Source of the DNA: a virus
IMG/VR virus record: IMGVR_UViG_3300045988_127105
Span: 8,249 to 72,248 of that record
DNA: 64,000 bases
Direction: 5' to 3' (one strand)
Positions 57,080 to 63,961 of the stretch are shown here, one piece after another; within the stretch, counting starts at the first letter, position 1; every line of letters starts with the position of its first letter. Under the pieces are notes generated by a model. It was not told where the DNA came from and did no database searches. It worked only from the letters and a program-made list of their open reading frames with translations. The position numbers and the translations under genes were made by a program.

Positions 57080-57358
57080 TTACAGCTTCATCAAGTTATA
57101 CCCGGTCACCGCATTAAACCACCGACCTTGCCACTCTCTTGTGTCAATGCTTATGTCGCATCTCACAGCGTCACCATTGCCAAGTTGGTTTACCACGTCT
57201 ACTTGCGCACCTCTAAACGTCACCACTATATTCTTCGGATATTGCAAGCTCGTCACATGCTCTATCACCACCTCACGTTCTCTCCACTCTCTGCCAGACT
57301 GGCTTATACCGCTCTTCTCAGGCAGAATCTTTATTATCGGTCCTTCTATATGTATCAT
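57080..57358 (-). CDS. DUF3127-family protein (OB-fold, SSB-like)
   Basis: 92 aa. ...KILPEKSGISQSGREWREREVVIE...YPKNIVVTFRG...DISIDTREWQGRWFNAVTGYN matches the DUF3127 pattern. Confidence 0.7.
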   Translation of the reverse strand: MIHIEGPIIKILPEKSGISQSGREWREREVVIEHVTSLQYPKNIVVTFRGAQVDVVNQLGNGDAVRCDISIDTREWQGRWFNAVTGYNLMKL

Positions 57359-57419
57359 CTTAATTCAAAATTTATTAATTCAAGATCGGCAAAGCCGACA
57401 ATTCCTAACTCGTAATTCC

Positions 57420-57839
57420 CTACACCCACCCTGCGCCACCGCTCGCCAGCTCTGCCTTTGCGCTTCTCAGTCCCCTCTCGTCGTCCTTGTCCGGTATTAT
57501 CACCTCGCTCATCGACGCATAATCCAGAAAGTTCCTTATCACGCTCGACATTTCAGCTGTAGTCAGGTAACACAGCGGTTTTGGTTTTTTACTTCCGTCT
57601 GCCAGGAATATATGCGGACACACGTCCTGCTGTATCGTCCGCAGCACACTATAGAAGGTCTCGCCCTGCTTATATCCATAGTAACTGATGATGAAGTTCA
57701 GATAAGCCATCTGCTTGTTCGTAGCCACCTCCCTGTGCTTCACTATGTCTATCGCATACCCGCAGTCGCGAGCCTTGTCTATCTCTCTCATAGCAGCCAT
57801 ATACTGCCTTGGGTCATTAAGCCGCTCAAAAGTCGCCAT
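57420..57839 (-). CDS. hypothetical protein
   Basis: 139-aa ATG ORF. Confidence 0.65.
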   Translation of the reverse strand: MATFERLNDPRQYMAAMREIDKARDCGYAIDIVKHREVATNKQMAYLNFIISYYGYKQGETFYSVLRTIQQDVCPHIFLADGSKKPKPLCYLTTAEMSSVIRNFLDYASMSEVIIPDKDDERGLRSAKAELASGGAGWV

Positions 57840-57871
57840 ACCCCCTTACCCCCTTTCAAATGATTTCATTC

Positions 57872-58090
57872 TTAATGTACCAAAATAGTACCATTAAAAT
57901 GTTGCCATTTTTCAAGAAACAGCCTTTGAAGTTCTCTTTTGACTTCGTTTAAGCATTTCAACTTCCACTTTGTGCAGCGTCCTTTTACAACAAATTCGCT
58001 ATAAGGGATTAACAATAATCCGCTTGTCGTATGTCGCATATGACGCTCAATGTGCTTCGCTGCCTTCTTTATCTTCCTCGGTACTCTCAT
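57872..58090 (-). CDS. small basic protein
   Basis: 72-aa ATG ORF. Confidence 0.5.
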   Translation of the reverse strand: MRVPRKIKKAAKHIERHMRHTTSGLLLIPYSEFVVKGRCTKWKLKCLNEVKRELQRLFLEKWQHFNGTILVH

Positions 58091-58334
58091 TGCTAAAATT
58101 TCTTTTAGTCCACTCCATTATTTCTTCGAAACTTTGTTCTCCGCTCTGAAGTTCCTTGATAAATTTTCGTAGCATATCTATTGCGTCGAAACGCGTTCGT
58201 GCCACCCAAACCTTGTCCTGTTCTTGGTTTGCGTAGTTAACAATTATTGTCAGCAACTCAAGCACACGTTTATCACCACTATTACGCACAAGTTCGTTAT
58301 AATCCTTTACGGATATTGTTACCATTGGTTCCAT
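58047..58334 (-). CDS. hypothetical protein
   Basis: ATG at 58334 (MEPMVTISVKDY...), 95 aa. The track start at 58394 is TTG. Confidence 0.55.
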   Translation of the reverse strand: MEPMVTISVKDYNELVRNSGDKRVLELLTIIVNYANQEQDKVWVARTRFDAIDMLRKFIKELQSGEQSFEEIMEWTKRNFSNESTEEDKEGSEAH

Positions 58335-58604
58335 AATTTCTGTTTTTAATTTTTTTTGATAGTATTTAATCTCCAAGACAGACAAGCACAGCAAACTGGA
58401 GTTTTGTCAGGGCTTTCACCTGTAGTTTCACGTCATTTTGCGGACGTTCCTTGTCTTGCTTTATTAGGCAAGGCTAATAAAGCAAGGCTTGAAACCTTTG
58501 CTGAATTGTCTATGCGGTAATTGATATTTTACGGCTACAGCAAATGCCAACCAGTCTAAAACGGCTCAACTTCATACTGTACTTGCTGTCAGGGAGAGTG
58601 CTTA

Positions 58605-59387
58605 TTACTTGGTCATCATGATCTGCGGCACATTTCCGTAAACCGGGAGCTTGCCATCCCACTTCTCAATCCACATTTTTTTGAGGATTGCAGGAGTGAG
58701 ACTTGCAGACTTGAGTTCGTTGGCCTCGCGCTCAGCACGTGCCTGCACGAGCATCTTCTCGGCTTCTGCCTTCTTGACGGCAACCTCGTTGAGTGCTCGC
58801 TGCGCCTCCTGAATGGCCTTGTTCTTCTGGTTGACTGCCTGCACGATAGAGTTTGGGTATTTGAGACCAGAGGTGAGTTGTTCGAGATGGAAGTGCTCAT
58901 TGGCAAGTGCTTCGCTTAGTTGTGCCTCTATAGCACGTTCAACAGTATCGCGATTGCTGACAATCTGGTCGGTGGTGTACTTGTTAAGCTGTATACGGAA
59001 GGCATCCTTGACGTAGTTGTACAGCGTACCATTGACAATACTGCCGAGTTCTTTGCGGTACTTTTTGAATACCTTGGGGGCGTTGCCGTCAATCATCTTG
59101 AGAGAGACTGTAGGGTCTACTGTGAACGCAGAACCGTCCTTTGCATTAACGGTGAAAGCGGGGTAGTCGATGGTCTGGACGAACGTGGGGTACTCGTAGA
59201 CCTCCTCGGTGAAGGGGTTGTACCACACACGGCCAGTGACGAGACTAACGTCGTCAACACCCTTGTCTGTACCATAAAGGTTAACGAGGATACCCTCGGA
59301 GCCTGCGTCGATGCGCTCGCTGCAAGAGGTTAGAGACACGGCTGCTGCGAGCAGCGAAAACATACAGATTGATTTAATTTTACTCAT
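58605..59387 (-). CDS. SPFH/Band-7 (prohibitin-like) lipoprotein
   Basis: 260 aa. Lipoprotein-type signal MSKIKSICMFSLLAAAVSLTSC. SPFH-like core and an Ala/Glu-rich coiled coil (QEAQRALNEVAVKKAEAEKMLVQARAEREA). GC visibly higher than the flanks. Confidence 0.75.
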   Translation of the reverse strand: MSKIKSICMFSLLAAAVSLTSCSERIDAGSEGILVNLYGTDKGVDDVSLVTGRVWYNPFTEEVYEYPTFVQTIDYPAFTVNAKDGSAFTVDPTVSLKMIDGNAPKVFKKYRKELGSIVNGTLYNYVKDAFRIQLNKYTTDQIVSNRDTVERAIEAQLSEALANEHFHLEQLTSGLKYPNSIVQAVNQKNKAIQEAQRALNEVAVKKAEAEKMLVQARAEREANELKSASLTPAILKKMWIEKWDGKLPVYGNVPQIMMTK

Positions 59388-59580
59388 TGTTTTTATTATT
59401 TTTAAAAGTGAGACAATTCGTTGCTAAGGACAAGAGCGTCCAAAATAAAAGGATTGCTACGCTAATCAGATTTGTTGCTGTGTCAGCTTTACTTACACCT
59501 CTCAGCGCAATGCTGACAACAATGAGTGTTGTAACAACCCACACCACAAAAGCGGTTACTTTCCATTTAGATATTTTCAT
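59380..59580 (-). CDS. two-TM small membrane protein upstream of the SPFH gene
   Basis: 66 aa. Overlaps the SPFH start by 8 nt. Confidence 0.6.
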   Translation of the reverse strand: MKISKWKVTAFVVWVVTTLIVVSIALRGVSKADTATNLISVAILLFWTLLSLATNCLTFKNNKNNE

Positions 59581-59594
59581 TTTGTTCTATTTTC

Positions 59595-60314
59595 TTACAT
59601 TAATACAATTTCCAGTCCCTTCTTCGCCACCCATGTCGGCACTCCAGTCTGTCCTGCCACCGTCAGCTCAGCGTGTTTCTTGTCCAGATGTCTCTCGCTT
59701 GCGTGTATCAGCGTTATCGTTCTCGCTGTCTTGTCCGCCTCACACATCTTCAAGTACTCCACACAATGTTTCAAGCTCATGTGACTCAGCCTTATTCTGT
59801 CCGCTTGTGATGCTACCGTACGTCCTCCTCTCACAGCCTCATCAAGTATATCATCCTGGTAGTTAGCCTCAATGAGATAATGCGACACTCCCTTCACTAC
59901 TTGATGCAGATTCCAACAGTCCGTAGAAAAAAAGAGCGTCTTCATTTCCGGATGATGCACGAGATAAGCGAAGCATTCCACGTCATGCTCAACTTTCAGA
60001 GGCGTTACTCTAAAGTCTCCCACTTGATATGTCTTGCCATGCTCCACCGCCGTAACACCAAACTTATTGTTCTCCTTTACAGCAGCTGTCGAGTATACGT
60101 CTATCCCGGCACTTGTAAACTCGCGCACATACTTACAATGGTCTCCATGTTCATGACTTACTATCATGCCACGTGCCCGACTTCTTTTAAGCCTTCCAAC
60201 CTCTTGATATTCTCTCAAATGACAGCCAGCCTCAATCAGAAGCTGGTCGCCATTCTCTGCTTCGAGCAAATAGCCATTGCCCTTACTCGAACTGCCTACG
60301 ATGCGTAGTTCCAT
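59595..60314 (-). CDS. MBL-fold metallo-hydrolase (nuclease candidate)
   Basis: 239 aa with the HxHxDH motif VSHEHGDH. Confidence 0.75.
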   Translation of the reverse strand: MELRIVGSSSKGNGYLLEAENGDQLLIEAGCHLREYQEVGRLKRSRARGMIVSHEHGDHCKYVREFTSAGIDVYSTAAVKENNKFGVTAVEHGKTYQVGDFRVTPLKVEHDVECFAYLVHHPEMKTLFFSTDCWNLHQVVKGVSHYLIEANYQDDILDEAVRGGRTVASQADRIRLSHMSLKHCVEYLKMCEADKTARTITLIHASERHLDKKHAELTVAGQTGVPTWVAKKGLEIVLM

Positions 60315-60940
60315 TACTTAAACGGATTATCGTCCTCTGCAGCCGTGGCAGCTTCAGCGCTTGCAGCGCCATCATTCACCACTTCTCCCGTCACGTCCTC
60401 CACACTCGGAACGCCGTACATTTCGTTCAGCCTCTTGCGCTGCTCGCTCCATTCCATTCCTACAAAAGCATAAGGCGATGAACAGAGCCTGAACACCTTT
60501 TCCGGACAAATCCCGTCAACAACCTTCTTAAAATCTCCAGCTGTCACTACCTCTCCGTCTACCTTGTACGTGTAGTTGTTAGTCACGCTACCATCTTTCT
60601 TGCGTGTCTCGGTAAGTATTCGGGTTAGCAAATGGTTCCCTGTCCACAAGGGTATGCCTTCAAGAAAGTCCGAGTCGTCACGCGTGCACAACCTAATCTC
60701 AACCGAGTGTTCCACATCTTCAATCTCGTTGCCGTGCTCGTCCTTGGTCTTTATACCAAACTTGGTGTCACCAGCTTGGTTCGTTCCAAACAGTACCCAA
60801 CTAATAGCGTCTGCTATCGTCGATTTATCTATGCCGTTACAGCCTTTCACCACATTGATGCGGCTGCTAAACTCGTAATCGGCTTTTTCCGCACCCTTGA
60901 AGTACCTCAGGTGCAACTCGTAAATACATATCTCTTTCAT
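60314..60940 (-). CDS. SMC/RecF/SbcC-head-like protein with a degenerate P-loop
   Basis: 208 aa. VVKGCNGIDKSTIADAISWVLFG resembles the SMC-type N-terminal head, but the last P-loop Gly is Asp. No C-terminal half is present. Acidic tail ...AAEDDNPFK. Confidence 0.6.
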   Translation of the reverse strand: MKEICIYELHLRYFKGAEKADYEFSSRINVVKGCNGIDKSTIADAISWVLFGTNQAGDTKFGIKTKDEHGNEIEDVEHSVEIRLCTRDDSDFLEGIPLWTGNHLLTRILTETRKKDGSVTNNYTYKVDGEVVTAGDFKKVVDGICPEKVFRLCSSPYAFVGMEWSEQRKRLNEMYGVPSVEDVTGEVVNDGAASAEAATAAEDDNPFK

Positions 60941-60944
60941 ATTA

Positions 60945-61151
60945 TCACAATTTAGAATCCTTCAAATATATTGTCACACCGTTCAGAGTCTTAAAGTAGT
61001 TTATGTCGCCATCTTTCAACAGCTCCTTCATTACCTCCCTCAAATCCTCCTGTACGGCTGTCTTCAATTCTGCAAAGCTCACACCCATCGGTCTCTTTGT
61101 ATCGTCGGGCATCATCTTCTGCAGTTTCTGTAAAACATATTCCTTGTTCAT
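60945..61151 (-). CDS. hypothetical protein
   Basis: 68-aa ATG ORF. Confidence 0.55.
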   Translation of the reverse strand: MNKEYVLQKLQKMMPDDTKRPMGVSFAELKTAVQEDLREVMKELLKDGDINYFKTLNGVTIYLKDSKL

Positions 61152-61267
61152 GTTATATTTTGTTTTATAGTTTCGTAGTAAAATATTGTTCTATTCTCAC
61201 GAACCGAACAATAAGAGCTTTGTTTATTGAATTTTAAATCATCAGAAATATGAGAATGAAATTATCG

Positions 61268-61347
61268 TGGGGGCAGAGGGAATCGAACCCTCACATCGGA
61301 ACCATCTCTTTATAACTCTACGCTACCCAAGCCGTAGTCACGCCCCC
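61268..61347 (-). tRNA. tRNA-like element (anticodon arm not foldable by eye)
   Basis: Minus sense reads GGGGGCG-TGA-CTAC-GGCTTGG-GTAG-...-GAGGG-TTCGATT-CCCTC-TGCCCCC-A. It has a 7-bp acceptor stem, a D-arm with GG, and a canonical T-arm. The middle 25 nt (CGTAGAGTTATAAAGAGATGGTTCC) give no anticodon stem. No CCA is encoded. Confidence 0.45.
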
Positions 61348-61487
61348 TTTTTAAAACTGCCCTATACTCACGCACCAGACAGCCGGAAACTAAAATCATG
61401 AAAGTGCAGCCACTGCTGCTTCCTAACAATAAAAACATTTTACAATCAATATGAGCTTATCAATTCATTCCTATATAAAAATCCTTA

Positions 61488-61973
61488 TTACACTTTATGC
61501 CATTCGTCATAATGCTTCTCCTCCTTTAGTCTTTTTATTTCTTTTTCGTAGTATTCAATGAGTTTTTCCAGTTCCCAATTCGACCATTTCTTTGTTTGGT
61601 TGTGCTTCACTCTCAACAACTCGTACTTCTGAGTTCCAAGTTTCTTTTCGAAGAATCTACTCAATTCTAACAGATGCGAACTGTTCATTCTGTTATCATA
61701 AGCACACTCCATAACCATATTGTCTGGGTCAAACCTTGTGTTCATATGGGCACGTCCCCAAAGGTGTGAGCAGTCGCCCTTCGCAAATGGGAGATAGCGT
61801 CCACACGTTGGGCAACGGAAATACCCATCCTTGTTTACATCACGCAATCGGATATACAAGCTCATTGTCTTGTCGAGCTTTGTTATAAGCGATTTTGTGC
61901 TTCTCCATTTTCCCGTCCTTGCAGTTTTCCCACAAGTGTCGGACTTGTTTTTATCTTTCTTCTTCCAAAACAT
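61488..61973 (-). CDS. ninG: NinG-like protein
   Basis: 161 aa. YIRLRD...CPTCG...CSHLWGRAHMNTRFDPDNMVMECAYDN parallels the lambda NinG pattern FIRERD..C.SCG...AGHY...LRFNERN...C..CN. Confidence 0.65.
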   Translation of the reverse strand: MFWKKKDKNKSDTCGKTARTGKWRSTKSLITKLDKTMSLYIRLRDVNKDGYFRCPTCGRYLPFAKGDCSHLWGRAHMNTRFDPDNMVMECAYDNRMNSSHLLELSRFFEKKLGTQKYELLRVKHNQTKKWSNWELEKLIEYYEKEIKRLKEEKHYDEWHKV

Positions 61974-61977
61974 ATCC

Positions 61978-62160
61978 TTAGTATATCTCCTCCTTCCTAC
62001 CCATGTCGGCAGAACGTTGTTTAATCTTCAAGATCAGGCAGTGTATCCGCCTCATGCGCCACTCGAATAGCCTCAGCGAGCAATCCCTGTCACTCTCGAG
62101 CAGCTTGTATATCTCGTCAACCCTATCTTGATAGGTGCGTGTCGTAAAAAGTTGCAGCAT
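61978..62160 (-). CDS. hypothetical protein
   Basis: ATG at 62160 (MLQLFTTRTYQ...), 60 aa. The longer track ORF starting at 62232 runs through a conserved-loop hairpin. Confidence 0.5.
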   Translation of the reverse strand: MLQLFTTRTYQDRVDEIYKLLESDRDCSLRLFEWRMRRIHCLILKIKQRSADMGRKEEIY

Positions 62161-62270
62161 AGCATTGGTTTTTAAAGATTTTAAAAAACTGCCTATCCTC
62201 ACGAACCAACAGCCCGAATAATCTAACGGCACAGACTCCTCCGTGTCACATCTTAAACAAACTGCTTTAA

Positions 62271-62290
62271 TATCTGATTGTCAGCTTTCT
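62271..62290. repeat. left copy of a perfect 20-bp inverted repeat
   Basis: TATCTGATTGTCAGCTTTCT, the exact reverse complement of 63839-63858. Confidence 0.95.
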
Positions 62291-62494
62291 CTATTCTTCA
62301 AACATCGGCAATCTCACCTTCCTTCCCCCTAAGGAGTCCAAGGCCATCTTGCGTATGTTCTGTGCCACGCTCGAGTGCGAACGGTAAGCAAGCGCATTGT
62401 ACACAGCTGTTCTTTTATATCCAAACCGATTCATCAGTACGGAAATTTGTTCCTTTGGAACAATTATTTTCGTTTTATTTATCAACTTTGCCAT
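62291..62494 (-). CDS. small DNA-binding-like protein (Cro-like position)
   Basis: ATG at 62494 (MAKLINKTKI...), 67 aa. ISVLMNRFGYKRTAVYNALAY is HTH-like. Its TAG abuts the left inverted-repeat copy. Confidence 0.55.
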   Translation of the reverse strand: MAKLINKTKIIVPKEQISVLMNRFGYKRTAVYNALAYRSHSSVAQNIRKMALDSLGGRKVRLPMFEE

Positions 62495-62530
62495 ATTATC
62501 TGTATATTTGCACAATAAATAAGTTTATGT

Positions 62531-62598
62531 AACGGTTGTAAACCGTTTTACCGATGCAAATGTACAACTATATGGGCAACTGCCCAAATATTTGGGCA
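62531..62598. promoter_or_regulatory. palindromic operator candidates between divergent HTH genes
   Basis: AACGGTT-gta-AACCGTT at 62531-62547. TGGGCA-ac-TGCCCAAATATTTGGGCA, including the perfect 18-bp palindrome at 62581-62598. A minus-sense -7 candidate TACATTTG lies at 62557-62564. Confidence 0.6.
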
Positions 62599-62659
62599 TA
62601 AAACTACTTTTTATTTATATATTTTTACATATGATTACATTAATAAACATTTTACAGCT

Positions 62660-63022
62660 ATGAAAACCATTATCGAACGCCTCGAAGCCCTACGCCGACA
62701 TTACAACCTCTCGGCTCGTGGTCTTGCCGATCGTCTTGACCAGCGTCCGTCTACGGTCGTAAACTATTGCAACGGCTCACAGCCACCTAAGTTGGAGTTT
62801 ATCGAACACGTGTTACAACTCTTCCCCGACATCTCTGCGGAATGGCTAATACGAGGCAAAGAGCCAATGCTCGTCACCGAGCATCCCGACCTTGCCGTGC
62901 TTAAGAAGAAGTACGAGACAGAAATACTCGTCAAGGAAGGCATCATTAAAGAGTTGCGCTCCATTATTCTGGAGAAGAACCAGAACAAGCAGTCTCCCGA
63001 CCGTCAACAACTTGTAGGGTAG
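62660..63022 (+). CDS. HTH transcriptional regulator (CI-like candidate) with a C-terminal coiled coil
   Basis: 120 aa. LSARGLADRLDQRPSTVVNYCNGSQPPKLEFIEHVLQLFPDISAEWLIRGKEPM matches the phage-repressor HTH pattern. Confidence 0.75.
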   Translation: MKTIIERLEALRRHYNLSARGLADRLDQRPSTVVNYCNGSQPPKLEFIEHVLQLFPDISAEWLIRGKEPMLVTEHPDLAVLKKKYETEILVKEGIIKELRSIILEKNQNKQSPDRQQLVG

Positions 63023-63072
63023 TCCCGTTATACCCTTGGCTTAAAAAAGACGATTAAAGCCGACAAAAAAAA

Positions 63073-63098
63073 GGTAGCTGTCCTCACGGATGGCTACC
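63073..63098 (-). terminator. intrinsic terminator (minus sense)
   Basis: Minus sense reads GGTAGCC-ATCCGTGAGGACA-GCTACC followed by T8. Confidence 0.7.
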
Positions 63099-63411
63099 TT
63101 ATCAATAAGGTTATGCAACTAAAAACGTAAATAATAACAACTCTTATATTAATTTCTTCGCGACTTCTCTATACCATATCGACTTTTAAAAGTTTTGTCT
63201 AAAATAAAGAGAAAGAAACAAAGAGAAAATACAATAATTTATCATCAATATTCTTCATTAAACTTCTAAAAGAGTTTCAGAAGGTTGAGGCTTTTTGAGC
63301 AGACTCTCCCCTTATAGAGGACTTGAAAATCCGTCTATAAGTGAGAGTCTGTATAACGATGAGTCCCGTCAGGATCAACCCCCGTCACCACCACTTGCCA
63401 GCTAACGACAG

Positions 63412-63561
63412 TTAGTGTATGAAGCTTTCGGTGTTCGCTACCGTCCTTCCCGCGTCTTCTTCAATCAACTCTTGCGCTTCTGCCCTGGGTCCCACTTGCA
63501 GTGTTTGTTTCAAGTCGAAATGTTGCGTGGTGTATTTAGCCGTCTCTTCCACTCCGACCAT
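63412..63561 (-). CDS. 49-aa ORF inside the structured non-coding region (weak)
   Basis: Hand-translated as MVGVEETAKYTTQHFDLKQTLQVGPRAEAQELIEEDAGRTVANTESFIH. Lies between a minus-sense -7 candidate (63698-63705) and the terminator at 63073. Confidence 0.25.
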   Translation of the reverse strand: MVGVEETAKYTTQHFDLKQTLQVGPRAEAQELIEEDAGRTVANTESFIH

Positions 63562-63815
63562 TTTGAATGGGGACAAAAAAAGAGTCCCCATTCAAAAGCT
63601 CGTGTAACGCTCCGAACTTTGAACGAGGACTCCACATATGTTGATTGAAGTATCCTAAATGCGCCTTATGTTAGTGCGTTACTACTAAAAAGCGATACAA
63701 AGATACGTTTTCTTGTTCATCCGACCAAATTCACTTTACATTCGTTAACACCATAAAAAATCATAATTCCGTAAACTATTTTATAAAATAGTTTGCTTGT
63801 TACCCAGAATTTACC

Positions 63816-63823
63816 TAACTTTG
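63816..63823 (+). promoter_or_regulatory. Bacteroidota-type -7 box TAACTTTG with a -33-like TTTG
   Basis: Exact TAnnTTTG plus CA. TTTG at 63792-63795 sits about 20 nt upstream. The promoter fires toward the right inverted-repeat copy. Confidence 0.6.
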
Positions 63824-63838
63824 CACCATAAAAACCAA

Positions 63839-63858
63839 AGAAAGCTGACAATCAGATA
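63839..63858. repeat. right copy of the perfect 20-bp inverted repeat
   Basis: AGAAAGCTGACAATCAGATA. Confidence 0.95.
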
Positions 63859-63924
63859 GTTACAATATATTATAAGTGAACCCTGCGAGGTCACTTTTAG
63901 ACAATATTGCTTTTTATTTGATTG

Positions 63925-63961
63925 TATCGCTAACAGCTTCTTTACCAAGCTGTTAGCGATA
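63925..63961 (+). terminator. 15-bp perfect hairpin (terminator or structural RNA element)
   Basis: TATCGCTAACAGCTT-CTTTACC-AAGCTGTTAGCGATA followed by TTATGCTTTGTG. Confidence 0.5.

Noticed and set aside
61268-61347. The tRNA-like sequence might be an attP/attB core marking an integration site.
   Set aside because: It is full-length, not a 3' fragment. It is internal to the leftward operon, has no adjacent integrase, and I found no second copy at either window end.
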